This document shows, piece by piece, positions 21,763 to 35,625 of a DNA stretch of 64,000 nucleotides (position 1 is its first letter; every line of letters starts with the position of its first letter). The notes under the pieces are model-generated. The model had not been told where the DNA came from, ran no database searches, and saw only the letters and a list, made by a program, of their open reading frames with translations. A program made the translations under genes and the position numbers. Origin of the DNA: Octopus bimaculoides (lineage: Eukaryota); contig NC_068984.1 of assembly GCF_001194135.2 (NCBI RefSeq), positions 76,138,620 through 76,202,619 on the forward strand, read 5' to 3'.

Positions 21763-24700
21763 GTGAGTATGAAGTCTATCTGGCTTGTGTGTTCACCTGA
21801 TAAATGCAATTATTTGATTTTAACAATCAAATTGTGCATTCAGTTGATAGCACATGAGGTGTTCATACCTAACCACTCCACAGTTGGGCACAGCACTAAC
21901 TTGTTAATTATTAGTCCAATGTTCACAATTAGAAATTTTTATTGTTTGTGAATTTGTGAACCATGGTTTTATTGGTGAGATGCTCCCTTCTTATCATCTA
22001 CTACTTTACAGCTTGTTCTGAGTGTATTTTATTATGCTATTAGCATTAGAGAGGTAACATTTTGGAACTGAAGCGATCCTTCTACATTCTACATTGTATC
22101 ACTTTCTTGATACAGAGTTGCTTTACTGTGGCTTCCAGAATCCACAATTTTTGGATTTGTTTGAGTTACCTTTACTGTGGCTGTGAAACCACACCTTTGG
22201 AAATAAACTTGAGTGCATTTGGGATTGCCCAGCGTCCTTGACTGGTTGCTTTTAGTTAAGCTTTGAAGCTATGTCTCTCTATGATATACTTGTGTTATAC
22301 TTGTTTTATCAGAACTAGTGGGACCTGTGAATATTTCACAGAATTAATGGTAAAACTATTGGGTTATTTTTGAAAACTTTATCCAAAAAACCTGAAAGCA
22401 TAGCCTGTATTGTGTCTGTATGGAAAGATAGTCACTCGTCTGTTACTTATTGAAAAATGAAAGAAATGATGGTTACAATGATTGCTTAATGCACTTTATA
22501 TATACAATTTTGTAGACTTTAATACACAGCACTTATAAAATAAACATTCACTCTTATTTTTTCATTTCCCCCATAAACAAAAAAAATATCCCATACATAT
22601 GATACAACCTTTTGTTAAATTGCATATATCTGCCACGTAAATAAGTGTGAATATTTCACAGAATTGCACTTATGCACATGTGTTAAGTGATAGGTGATAT
22701 AAAAAACTTAGTTCAATTTTTTAAAAAAATACACTTTTCACTATGCACTGAACACCACCACCACCACCTCCACCACCTCCATTTCCACCACCACCACCAC
22801 CTTTCTCTGCCTTTCTTTAACCTCACCATCAGAATATCACCCCTCTGCTAAAACTATATTTGTAACTCTCCTCCTCTAAAACATTACCTTCAACTAACTT
22901 TTTTAACCATATAATAAATATTATGTTCCCCCTACCTCATGTCAGGGATGCTTCTCTTTCTCTCTTTTTCTCTCTTTACCTTTATCTCACCCTCTTTTTC
23001 TTTGTCCCTCTTTCTGTCTCAGTCTTCATCTTATCCTCTTTTTCTTTTTCTCCTCTCTTTCCCTTCAGCTAATCATGTGAAAGTGTTATAATTACATTCC
23101 CTCTACCTCATGCTTCTCTCTCCCTCTTTTTCTCTCTCTCTTTTCTTTCTCCCTCTATTTCCGTAATCATGTGGAAGCTTTACCGATGGTCTAAGTAATG
23201 TAATGACAAGCAGAATTATTATAAGATGGTATCACAGTCTGGGGCAGATTGGCAAAAGGAATAGATGAGTATAGTGGTTGTTTGAGGCAGCTGGCCACTA
23301 AGTTAGGAATTGATGGAAACTATTGGGCTAGACCAGGGTTTCCCAAAGTGGCATTTGATAGAACTGTGCAGGGGGTCGAAAAATGGCTTGGAGTCAAGAG
23401 AAGGGTTTAGGAGTTGAAAGAGTTTAAATGTTTAAAATTTTAAGTAGTTAATTGTATACAATCCATGCCTCCATGATGCTGGCAAGCTGCCGAAGCCAGT
23501 CATAAAGTCACAGACATAGCAAAAATCATTTTCATAATTTGGCAGCTTTTCCCTCATCTAGAATATGTAGAAAGTGGAGAAATTTTCCAGAATTTCTTCA
23601 CTTACGGTTTTTTAATTTTTTTTACTGATATGTTTAATATTTCAAAAGTATAATATTTCTTGGCTCTTTCACTGGAGGATGGCCACTAGTTGAAACTTGA
23701 GTCTCTGGGTATGAGATAAATCAAAATTCATATATTTCTTTTATTCTTCTCCTTGGTTGTTGATTTGTAAATGTAATGTACATTGTTTGTATTACCAAAT
23801 CTATATATCTATGTATGTTCTGGTTTTATTTTTTGAAATTTCCCACCGATAAAGAATGGGACAATTTCCAATCCAGAAACGAGGCTCTTTTATTGGAATT
23901 TAGGCAACATCAACTTGGTAGTTATGTATGTATATGTGTGCATGTCATTGCATGTCTGACTATACTTATTATTTATTACTGAATATACTGTACCTGATGA
24001 TGTGCTGTTCTTTTATCAGTAAATTACAAATGAAATAGTTTTATTTGAAAGTTACAGCACTATAATATTTAGTCTTTATTCAGGTATTACATAGTGAAAA
24101 GACAGTTTATTTTAAAAGAAATAGAGGAGAACTTACTGGAAGATTATGCCTATTTGTTAATCTCACAGTTTAGTAAAATAAATTTAAAAGTAGGTTTTGC
24201 TATGTTTGCATTCATAAAATGAATCAATTTCAGTTTTTATTAGTGCTAAATTATAATGTACCAATATTTCAAGTGATAAATATTGGATGTATGTATGCAT
24301 GTGTCATATTTTATATCTGTTAAAAATTGGTTATTTAATGACTTTTCAAATACTCTTCACCATTTTTATTATTTAAAATTGGTTATGAATGATAATAAAT
24401 TGGTTTTATGAATGTACACGCTGTGTAAACAATGTTGGGAATACATGCTACTAAACTTAGAAATTACTTTACAGAGTGTGTAGTTGGGTGGATGTCAGTG
24501 AAGGCACTCTTAGCTTGGAAACCCTTGTTTTAGACTGTTCAACTAATGGTGGCTAGACATACTTGTCCATATAGGTGGTGGGGCCCACTGTGGAATTGCT
24601 TAGACACACTTGCTACATCTTTTTCTTCTGACCATGAAAAATTATCATGGGTACTCATCTTGACCATTCAACTAATTCATCAATAAATATTTGCCATTAA

Positions 24701-24829
24701 GTATTAGTCAGAAACATAGAATTGAAATATTTGCCCCTAGAAGAAGGTCTTCTAAGAACTTAGAAGAATGTATTAGGGATTTCTAAGCAATTAAGGATTA
24801 TAATAATGATTTCGAGCATAGACACAAGA

Positions 24830-24965
24830 CTCTCAAATTTTGGAGAGAAGTACAACTTATTATATTGACCCTAGTACCTAACCCGTACTTGATTTTATCA
24901 ACTTTGGAAGGATAAAAGGCAAAATTGATCTTGGTAGGATTTGAACCCAAAACATTAAGAGCATA
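24830..24965 (-). mobile_element. SINE family A, degraded
   Basis: GGATAAAAGGCAAAATTGATCTTGGTAGGATTTGAACCCAAAAC. Confidence 0.6.
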
Positions 24966-25749
24966 AACAATTGATAGTAATAATTGGGATAATTTGCTTT
25001 GTTTAAAATGTGCCTGATTTCTGAATCTATAACATTTCTCTGTACCTCTTCACAGAATGTACTAATAGCACAGAGACTGTTCCCTTGAAATCAGAAATAG
25101 AACAGAACATGCCTTCATCATGGAATATTTATTTCCAGAGAAAGAATGTGTATGTGTGTGTGTCATCATTTTTAACGTCTACTTTTCCATAATTGTATGG
25201 GTCAAATGGATTCATTGAAGCAGATTTTCTTTGGCCAGATATCTTTCTTGTTTCCAACCAAGATAATATTTACCTATGGCCAAACATTTCCAAGGAAGAT
25301 TGTAAATGGATGACATTTGTTTATAACTATCACATAATGTTGAGTCAAAACAAATACACACACATGTATATTCACATAATAATTCTGATCAATATTTTCT
25401 CTAGAACACTGAGGAGAGAAATGCTTCTACAATGACCACATATCAGTACCACCTTTTCCTTTGTACTGCACCTTCAGCAATGCATTTATCCAATCTAGAA
25501 GAAATGTATCATTTTCTCACAAATAAAAAGTCCTTCATCCTGTTTCCCCAGAATTTGAACAGGACCCTTCCACCAGAATACTAACAATGTCAGAAACTTT
25601 TCCATTTTTAAGTTTGTGTGAGATGCAAAACCTCATTGAAAGTAAATGGATTATTAAGATGTGTTTTATAGGAATTTACTGAATGAGTTCTAAAAATGTC
25701 TAAATCATTGGGTCATTAACAACTAAACCAGCTCTCTCATCAGACTTGC

Positions 25750-25930
25750 TTTTTTATCATCATCATTATCATATTTCCATTTTCCATGCTGGAACTGGTA
25801 AGCCGGGGAGCTGCACTAGGCTCCAGTTTGTTTTGGTTTGGTTTTTACTGCTGGATGCCTTTCCTAACACCAACCACTTCGTAGAATGTACTGGGTGTCT
25901 TTTACATGTCACCAGCACAGGTACTTGATG
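25750..25930 (-). mobile_element. RTE LINE 3'-UTR fragment with an (ATC)n tail
   Basis: CATCATCAT..TTCCATGCTG...CTGGATGCCTTTCCTAACACCAACCAC; same family as 46016-46288 and 58930-59264. Confidence 0.75.
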
Positions 25931-27075
25931 AGGAGCAATGCAACAGGTCAAAATCAAGGCCTGTTAATTGACAAATAAACCCCAAGTTGGGTCAGCAACT
26001 ATCTAGCAATGGTGCATGGGAACTTAATAAAAGCCCAAGATAGGGAATAAGCATGCTGTAAATCTATAGAGTGATAGCTAGTCCTGTGCTCTTTAGTCAC
26101 AGGGAAAACAAATTGTAAAGACAAAGGTAAATCAAGCTTATATAATCTCTGATCTGCAACCATTTGTAGCATTGGTATCTCCCCCCAGTGATTTTTACAT
26201 ATGGCTATTTAAGGCTGTGTGGTGTTCTGCAAGCCAGTATGAGCTTAGATCTTATCCGTGCACAAGCTTTTTTTTATTTTTATTTCATATACATGCTCCA
26301 TGTAATTGTGTTCAATTGTGTTTTATAATTACCTGACAATGTCTTTTGAGAAATGTATTCTACTATATATTTAATACACTCTTTTGATGGATTTTAGTTA
26401 ATATAATGTTGGTGGTAATTTTAAAATACAAAAACCACTATCACCATCATGCAGTATATATATATGTGTATATACATGTGTGTACGTATGCCCATCTGTG
26501 TATGATGCAAATATATAGTGATGTAATTAGCCAATTTAGTTTCTTTTATGAAGTGAATGAAGTTGTACATTTATATGCGTGTGTATTTCTGTCTAAAATA
26601 TCCTTTCGCCATAATACATGCTTATTACACAAATTTTGAATCAGAAGCAAAGTTACTTAATAGCTCATTCATGACCATGTAAGTGCTTGCCTGATGTAAC
26701 AGTTTTAGATGAAAGGTTACTACTATTGTTTTGTTCTCTATTTTTTACACAGAAATTAATATTCTGGCTACTAGCTATATTAATACCCTGTTACACATTA
26801 TTACATTATCATGCATGCAGTCATTGCGTGTTTAATATCTTGCCCTGTTATTGTTTAGCCTCTTTCTCTGTGTGTGTGTGTGTGTAGTATAGAATGGAAT
26901 AGAATATGAAACTTTTGATGCAGGCTTCTTAGAAGATAAAGGTATGTTTTTGTTGTTTGTTTCATTTACTTATTCATTTCTGAAAAGTTGATTAAATTTT
27001 ATCAAAAATTTTTAAGTAGAACACATGAAAATTTGAAATAAAAGAAAAAGGTACTCTAAATTTTGCTAATATGAT

Positions 27076-27110
<35 letters not shown>

Positions 27111-27499
27111 AGTCCTTCCTCTACACTTCTTTCTTGCATTTAACTTTCTAAAACAGAAATTCAGTTTCAAATGTCAAAGGTACTTTCTCTTCAAATCTTT
27201 CATTGAGCATTAAACTAATAACTTCACTTTTTGCATTTGTTGTACTTGTCGTTATCATTATCATAAACTTTAAACACTCTCCACTCTTCAAACACACACA
27301 TATATGAAGTAGGAATACATATGCTCTTTTCTTTCTATTTAAAAATGAAAATTAACTTTACTTTCCTTTCCCTATCACAAATTTCACTTCAAGAATAATT
27401 GCACAACCAGCTTTGGGAAAAAAGTATATATTGGATTATGTAATTCAAAGTACTTGCCTTTGATCATCGATCATGTTGATCAAATTTGGTTTTACACAT

Positions 27500-27700
27500 C
27501 ATCATCATTTAACTTCTGTTTTCCATGCTGATATGGCTTGGATGGTTTGACTGGAGTTGGCAAGCCAGAAGACTACACCAGACTTCACTGCCAGTTTTGG
27601 TATGTTTTTTTTATAGCAGGATGCTCTTCGTAATGTCAACCACTTTACAGAGTGGATTGAGTGCTTTTTACACAGTATCAGCATCAATGAGGTCTGTTTT
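27500..27700 (-). mobile_element. RTE LINE 3'-UTR fragment
   Basis: Same tail family motifs (TTCCATGCTG, GGATGCTCTTC, AACCACTTTACAGAGTG). Confidence 0.7.
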
Positions 27701-30700
27701 ACACAGTTTTTACAGCTAGATGTACATTGATTGCAAAGTGAACTTCTTAACCATTTGACTATGGTATGTCCATAAAAGAGTAGCTGATAGTAAATCACTT
27801 TGGTGATATTTTGTATTGTATTTTGTTTCATTATTGTTGCACTCATTATTATGACCATCATCTTCATCTCCTTTATTATTATCATCCTATTTTACTGAGT
27901 GTACAGAACTTCATTTCACCATCTAACCTTGTTTCCATGCACTTATAATTCAAAAGTTTAACCTCTATAAATTAGATCTTGTGACATTGATTCAAATTTC
28001 CCTAACCAATCTATCTCTCTCTTCCCTTTTCTAAATATTTTCCTTGAAATTTGCACTATTACTGTTTTGCATGTTTTAAACTAACCTATATGGAATATGT
28101 ACAGTATCTTGTGTCCATATTGTATATAGCTTGGGCTAAATTCATCTAGAAGTAAACCAAAAAGTAAATGTAATAGTTGTTAATTAGTAATTATAAATAT
28201 CTTCTTATAGATAATTGGCTATTTTAATAGAAACTGTGTTTACAAGCTAACATTTGAAATAGATGTGCATCGACTGTCAATGTGTATTCTACAGTTTAAT
28301 ATATTCACATCTAAATTGGTATTTGAAAAATGTTTTTAAATATATACTTGTGTGTGTGTGTGTGTGTGCGTGCGCGCACACGCGACTTGCAAAAGCAGCA
28401 TTTATTAACCATTAATGTTGATAGCATTTATACAATGTCTCGTCTCAAAAATATATAAATTCAGCCATATTGCACGCATTAAAGTCAAATCATATTGTCA
28501 AAGACATTTTACCCACTCAATCTGGGGAAGATATTATGAGGAGAAAGTCAATGGGATGAATTAAAAATGCATGATTGGGACTTGTAGCAACTCAACTCTG
28601 TCAGTGTATTGCTGATTTAAATTCAGTTTATCAGATCGCCTATAACATGTACAGATTTTGTTCTCCTTTCTTTTCCTGTTTCCACTATTTATTTCTCTAT
28701 CTTGTCTTGTTTGTCTCCAAGTGATGTCATTCAGATGTAAAGAAGGCTCTCTATTTCTCTGTCTATCTCTCTCTCTCTTTATTTATCTATCTATCTATCT
28801 ATCTACCTCTTTCTTTATCTCTCAAATATTGAAGATTAATTAATCTTAAAGTAGATTGCCTTATCTAAATGAAGTGTGAGCAATTCATAACAAATATGTT
28901 TTTGATAATACTGTGTGCACATGTGTATGTGAAGACATTCATCTATACTGACACGCATACATTTTCATTAAATATAATTTATTCTTGAAATTAATTAATG
29001 AAATATGAATAGATACTGTTAATCTATTTGTTTAAACATGATGATTTCAAGTAGAATTGACATCATTTTCATTGCACCAAGAATATTTTAATTATCACTA
29101 CTGAAAAGTGCAGCAGCTTAGCATTTGGGGTTATAACCTACAGGTATTACATGTTATTATATTGCATTGTGGCAGAAACTACATTAACCCACTTAGGTCA
29201 GTCAATCTAGATGAGAAATCAGTACTGCTTTCACTTCATGAGTCAACAATAGAAGCATAGAGTAAAATAGCCTGTGAACCTTACATCTAGTAATCATATG
29301 TATACACATGCACACAAGCACACAAGTGGGAAATAACATTTTGTAATGCATGTCATATTTGCTCTTTGTAATGCATGTCATATATATCAAGTTCATATTG
29401 TACAAGCTTGATTCTGCTGTGCAGTGTCTTCTCCCATAGCCAATATTAACTCAAAGCCTTGTAATACAGATAGTATGAAAGCCTATCAATTGGATTGTGC
29501 CTTCCATGGATAGGGAACTTGGCTGTTATCTTTAACAAGTTAAGTAATCATGTCAAGGCTTGATGTTTTATTGTTTCATACAGTTTTATGGGCATTTAAT
29601 TTTTTTTCTTTTTATGTTTAGCTGCCTTGAAAGATGAAGTTTTAGGAAGATGGTAGATATGGGAATGATAATTGTTACTGATATTTTTTTTATGGAGTCA
29701 ATGAACAGAAATTGCCCGTGACCATTTTTGCAGGCTCTCAGTGTCTGTCTGGGCATAGGAAGGAATAAACCTGGTCCAAATGTTTGCAATAGAATGCATC
29801 TTTCCTTTTAAGACAATAGAGTGTGATATGAAGAAAATTTAAGCTCTCTTTCTAGCAGGTTGAGAAACTGTGTAGGGGCTGTGTAGGTATGCTATCTTAT
29901 CCTTCATTGATGTGAGGAAATATCTTGATCAAGAATGTAGATGACAAAGCAGATTTTGAGATTTTTACTGAACAGAATATAAAAGCGAAAAAATCAATAA
30001 TGAGTCCTTGATGAAAAGTTAAAAGTCAAGGAAATAACAGTTCTCTAGAAATAATTGAATAGATTGAGTATGGATAAGATAGGATAGCAATGATGACACT
30101 TGAAGATAATGTAGTCAGAAAGAAGCTACTAGTTAAGCTTATGATATAAGCTGGTTATCTGACAATACCAAATGTTAATGTCATTCAAGATTATAAGTTA
30201 CTATGAACTTGAGATGACTGCTTGTAAATATTTGAATACAATTTTTGACAGGGGTATATCTAAGTTTATCAACTTATTTTACTTTTATAATGGAGAGTTG
30301 TTGATTAATCCCAAGTCACACCTGATTAAGCTGACTTTCTATTAGATGCATTTCTCTTGTAACCATCCTGTCCTATTACATTTTCATTTCAGATATGACA
30401 TGTCGATGAACTACATTAAAATTTTTCTAAAATGCTTTTGTAATCTGAAGGGAATTTGGCTGTTATTTATAGTAGGTCAAAGGACTATAAGGAGACGCTA
30501 TGATTGGTTTAATAATGGAGTGTTTCTTTGTTGTTGCTTTAATGTTCATCGCTGCTAAACCCTGGATATCCATCCAGGATATGCTTGTAGCTTATTGATT
30601 ACCAAATCATGCATTCTTCATTAAGTCCCAGTCCTGTAATTTAATTTGTGAGCAAGTGAGTGTGGGTTAAGGTTTAGATACCCTAACTGTATTGAAGGCT

Positions 30701-31179
30701 TTGTTAAAATTAGTTCCTACTCTTTACTTAAATTTGCCAGCACTGATATTTGGTAGAAAAGTCAACAACACTGCAGAATATCAAAATAGATATATTATTG
30801 TGACTAATTTAGTGTAATGATTGTTCTGAGGTCAAATCCTTAGTGTTCTCAATGCAAATCATGTTGAGGTCAACTTTTTATGCTTTTCATAAGGAGTCTG
30901 AAATCTATAGAAATGAAGAGTTTGGGGAAGACATTGTTTTCCTTTCTCTGAAATAAGTAAGTAATGGTTACATTATGTTGTCAATCCATTCAACTGCACT
31001 CTTTCTATAACTGTACCTAATGGAAAGATGTCTATAATTGATGGAAGCCCACCTTCTGCTATACTATTCCTCTACTATTTTAATTCCATATACAGAATGT
31101 AAAAGTAATGAATTCATATGCCAAGTGCATTACAAGACAAGTATTGACAAGCTACATTGTATGACATAGCAATTCTCTG

Positions 31180-31375
31180 ATGAATGATGGATGTTAACAT
31201 TCTTTACATAGGAGAATCTACAAAAGTGTTTGATGAAATCTGTTATTTCAGAAATATAATTAGCGTTACTATGATAAGGAATGCTGTTTATAAGAAGAGA
31301 TATATGTTAGACATATCACTCATTCCAAACTGGTTTTGAGAAATTAGTAATGGAATCTTCTGAAGTACTGTATTT
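31180..31375 (+). mobile_element. Possible very old LINE RT remnant
   Basis: MDVNILYIGESTKVFDEI and NWF*EISNGIF*STV loosely resemble the VDVIYLDFSKAFD and W.EVTSGVPQGSV RT motifs. Confidence 0.3.
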
Positions 31376-32190
31376 GCAATGGAAAGAGATGAAGATTACA
31401 TGAAATAATATATAAATTGACAGAATACAAAAGTGTTTACCAAAGCAGAAATGAAGTATAGAGATTTTGTTTTACCAACAATTTTTTAAAATTGGAATCA
31501 GTTTCTTATTTAAATTAAATAAGAAGAAAATTAAGATAAGAAAGAAACGAGTAAGGAAATGTCATGACTGTTTTGAAATTGTCATTTGTATTTTAATTTT
31601 GAAATAAACTGAGAAAAATTTCCCAACAGCAATTAGACCACTTGGAAACTGATTCTTAAATGTTAAATAACTATGAGATTTTCAAAAATATTTTTTCATC
31701 AAATCAATGTATTTTTGTTGAACTGTTTTTATTTATGTGTGCATGGTCATGGTCATGTGGCTAAGAAGTTTATTTCACAATCACAGGTTCTGAGTTCAAG
31801 CTTACTGTACAGAACTTTGGGCTAGTCTCTAATAGATTTTGTTTGACTCATACATCATGGATAAAGTTGGGTAGATACAGACTGCAGAAGTGCATTGTAT
31901 CTGCTGTGCCTGATAAGTTATAGTTTCTTCCCACTTTTTTCTATAACTCTTGAAGATCCTAAAAGGATAATGAGCTTTACCCTATCACCCCTATCTGAAT
32001 TATAACCTGTTGTATTATTTGTGCACTACTAAGGACTGATGTTTTATTTTTTTATGTATTATTGCCTTGCAATCATATATGTGATCTATTGCTTTTTTTT
32101 TAAATGCAGTAGAAATTGGACTCAGCACTACAAGCTTATGAAACTTTTAATTATTTGGTGTTCTTTCTGCCTACAGTGACAATCTGTAAT

Positions 32191-32604
32191 CAGTGCTGGA
32201 TTAACCATTAACCAAAATAAGCATGTGCTTAGGGAGTACCGCAGAAATGGTAAATTGTTTATGGTACATAAGAAATCACTTTAAACTTGCTAAAATAATA
32301 TTTGAGGTTGTGTATATGATTGGAAATATAATTTCAAGGTGTTCACGGTATCATAGTGAGGATTTGATCGAAGATTTTACAATTAGAAAAAAGTAGGGGA
32401 AAACTTTTGAAATATAAAGTGGAAGCATAAAAAGATAAAATAAGCAATTTCTCTCTTCTTACTCTTAGTTTTGTTTCATTTTGAAAAACAAAAAAAAAAA
32501 AAAATCATTTTATGACTTCTTGTTTAAATTTTGAATTACATATATATGGTGGCACCAAAATCTTTTAAGTGCTTAAGGCCTCAGTGGGTTTTAATCTGGC
32601 CCTG
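32191..32604. mobile_element. hAT-type MITE, 414 bp
   Basis: TIRs CAGTGCTGGATTAA / TTAATCTGGCCCTG; perfect 8-bp TSD TCTGTAAT at 32183-32190 and 32605-32612. Confidence 0.9.
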
Positions 32605-32711
32605 TCTGTAATCTTAATCATAAATGTTTACAACTAAGGATTGAGCTGGGCTAATGAGCATCCTGTCTTTTACGTTGAGCTATTCTGTCAATGCAAGAAA
32701 CCTGTATTATT

Positions 32712-32870
32712 ATTATTAACCTGCACACATAAGTGAAAGCAGGGTATTGTAATCACTCGGCTTTGTGTGTTTACAAAATTACTGGAAAACAGCTGAACGG
32801 ATTTTCACCAAATTTGGCAGAAATACTCATTGGGTAAGTGGCTCAAAATGATGAAAATTTGGTTTGATTA
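32712..32870 (+). mobile_element. Helentron-associated (HINE/DINE-1-like) non-autonomous element fragment
   Basis: Hairpin CCTGC-ACACATAAGTGAAA-GCAGG, short GT microsatellite, then GAACGGATTTTCACCAAATTTGG; this layout is typical of HINE-like elements. Confidence 0.5.
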
Positions 32871-33211
32871 TATTCAAACATATTTAAATACATATATAGA
32901 TATGCAACTGTGTATGTGTGTACAGTGATGAATTTGAAGGTTTCATTTATTTATGAGTTGATTTCTTAATTTCACTGGAGTATAAATAACTACAATGGTG
33001 ATACTTAAAAAAAAAAAACAGTTGAACTTAAAAATTTCCCAATAAGCAGGCGGTCATATTATTTATATCACACAATGAACTACAGTATGTTTAGTTTACC
33101 TGCTATCATTGAATGACATTCAAAACACTTCTCAAATTCTATACAATATTTTCTATAAGTATTTCATTTTGCTCACTTTCTTTTTCATATGAATCGACCC
33201 TCATTATTATT

Positions 33212-33630
33212 AAGGTGGTGAACTGGCAGAATTGTTAGCATGCCAGGCAAAATGCTTAGCAGTGTTTCCATCTTTACGTTCTGAGTTTAAATTCCACCGA
33301 GGTCAACTTTGCTTTTCATCTAGTAGAGTATTGGGTTGATGTAATTGACTTAACCCCTCCCCTAAATTTCAGGCCCTGTTCCTATAGTAGAAAGGATTAT
33401 TATTATTTAGGTAGCGAGTTGGGAGAATCGTTAGCATGTCAGACAATGCATGGTGGATTTTCTCCCAGATTTACATTTTGAGTTCAAATTCCACTAAGGT
33501 CAACTTTCCCTTTCATCCTTTCAGGTCAATAGAATAAATAGCAATCAAGTAGTGGAGTCAATGTAATCGACTATCCTCTTCTCTAAAAATTTCAGGCCTT
33601 GTGCCTAAAGTAGAAAGAATTATTATTATG
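33212..33630 (+). mobile_element. Two head-to-tail SINE family A copies
   Basis: Heads at 33212 and ~33409; each ends AGTAGAAAG(G/A)ATTATTATT. Confidence 0.85.
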
Positions 33631-34039
33631 TCTAATGTTGAGATATTGACTTGTATTGATTGTTACTTGTAGTTATCCAAATAATTAGTCTGAAAAAAGA
33701 TGCATTTCATGTAATTAAATAGTTATTAGTTAATCAAGATTAGCACTGATTTCTGTTCATAATATTCTATTATCAGCAATTACGGCATTTGTTTATAGGA
33801 TTGAAATATCCACTTGACATAAAATTATTATGAACAAAATTTACTAGAATTTTATATTCTACATTTTGTATAATTTTCTGCATTTGATAAAGTGAGCCAA
33901 AAACAGTTGGTTGGAAATTCTATCTTATACTTGATGTAAAATCATTTTTAAATATATTCAAATCTCTATTGTTTATACTTCTTATTCTTTTTATCATCAC
34001 TATAAGCTTTTACTAACATGTCGTGTGTGTGTATCATCA

Positions 34040-34230
34040 ACAAACATCATCTTTTTACATCTCTTTTCCATGCTGGCATGGCTGGGATGATTTGAGAGAA
34101 ACCAACAGGTCCAAAGACTGCATCATGCTCCAGTGTTTTTGACATACTTCCCACAACTGGATGCTCTTCTTAACACCAATTTTTCATAGCGCCAGCATTA
34201 CTGAGCTTGTGCAGCTTGCAAGGCCAAGAC
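34040..34230 (-). mobile_element. RTE LINE 3'-UTR fragment
   Basis: TTTTCCATGCTGGCATGG...CTGGATGCTCTTCTTAACACCAA. Confidence 0.65.
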
Positions 34231-35578
34231 CTCCTTCGGTTGAATGGGACTACAGTAGAGAGGGAGGTGGCTTTATACTAGATGAGGGGTTAAATATGAA
34301 AGAAAGAACCAAAACAGGTTTCCTCTTGCAGAGGAGCAACATGGTCACTCACATTGTAGAAGAGAGGATGCGAGTGACCCTGGTGGAACTAGAGAGATAA
34401 AATAGTGGTAATGAGATGACAGGGTAGACCCTGAAGATATGAGGTGGGCAGAAGTGAATGGGAATAAAACAGGGGGTGCAGGTGGGTTGAAATTGCAAGA
34501 GTGTAGAAGGAGAGAGGGGAATGATGATAGATTAACATAATGAATGAAGACGGGTTCTACTTTCATATCCTATGACTAGGCCTCTTGTAGTAAACTGCTT
34601 ATTTTTCTTGCTTGTGGTCAATAGTTTTCCTCCTCCACTTGTGAACTCAACTGTTTTTCCCGCTGATGATGTTTGTGTGTCTCTTATTCCAGAGTGTGAG
34701 TGTTGTGAGCACTTTGTTATAGTGCCACTTATATTGCACCCTGATATGATCTGTGCTATGATACCATACCTTCCTGCCATAACACTGTCTCAAGTGTTGT
34801 GGTGTAAATCTTAAAGGTTTTTAAGTGTTATACAATCTCTGATGATTTGATAATGTTATATGCTGATACAGTTTTCAATATATAAATGATATTATATATG
34901 GTATTATTATTATTATTTATGGCTATGACAGATGACACTCACTCAAGCTGCATTGTACTGGAATTAACCCCTGAACTACATGATTGTGAAATGTCTCAAC
35001 TTCATGACTGCACTCACGTATAGATGATGAATTTGCTACTTTTTCTGTTTAAAGAGTTTTACAGTAAACAAAACCCAGAGTCTAAGGAAATTAATAATGG
35101 TCTGTGTCTGTAAAAGTTGTTTAGTAAACTTTGCAAATTGACTTATGCAAATTTACAAACATTACTCTGTGCTTTTGTGTGTGCTTAATAGCTGCATGGA
35201 TTAGTTGTTGTAGATACTATGCTACCTACCATTTCATTAGCTGCGAACTGGAATTAATAAGTTATATCACTGACTAAAGGATATGACAAGACAGTTTATA
35301 TGTGAATTGTAACCATTATGTGTGCTACAGACTGCTGTACACTTGTGAGAGAGAAAGAGAAAGAGGTTATCTCATCAAAATGATTTACTGTTGTAATAGC
35401 TATATGTCATAACCTGTTATTTCATTTCGAAACATTATCTTATCGACATTGGGGATTTAAAGTTTAGATAGTGATATGTCAAAGTTAATATAAATGCATC
35501 CAGATTTCATAGACTTGAAAAGGTTAAAATATGGTTGAGTAATTTTTATCATTCACCAAGTTTTGTCGCTTTATGTAG

Positions 35579-35580
<2 letters not shown>

Positions 35581-35622
<42 letters not shown>
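35581..35622. repeat. (AC)n microsatellite
   Basis: Read directly. Confidence 0.95.

Positions 35623-35625
<3 letters not shown>

Noticed and set aside
22750-23170. CCA- and CT-rich tract with an internal partial duplication
   Set aside because: Ordinary low-complexity sequence with no additional structure
26893-26941. Similarity of NGIEYETFD..LED to glutaredoxin-3 GVEYETFDILED
   Set aside because: Requires an insertion in a conserved motif, and no CGFS or other Grx exons are nearby; no gene name assigned
34532-34814. Overlapping 80-82 aa ORFs on both strands
   Set aside because: No splice signals or recognisable motifs; adjoins repeat-derived sequence
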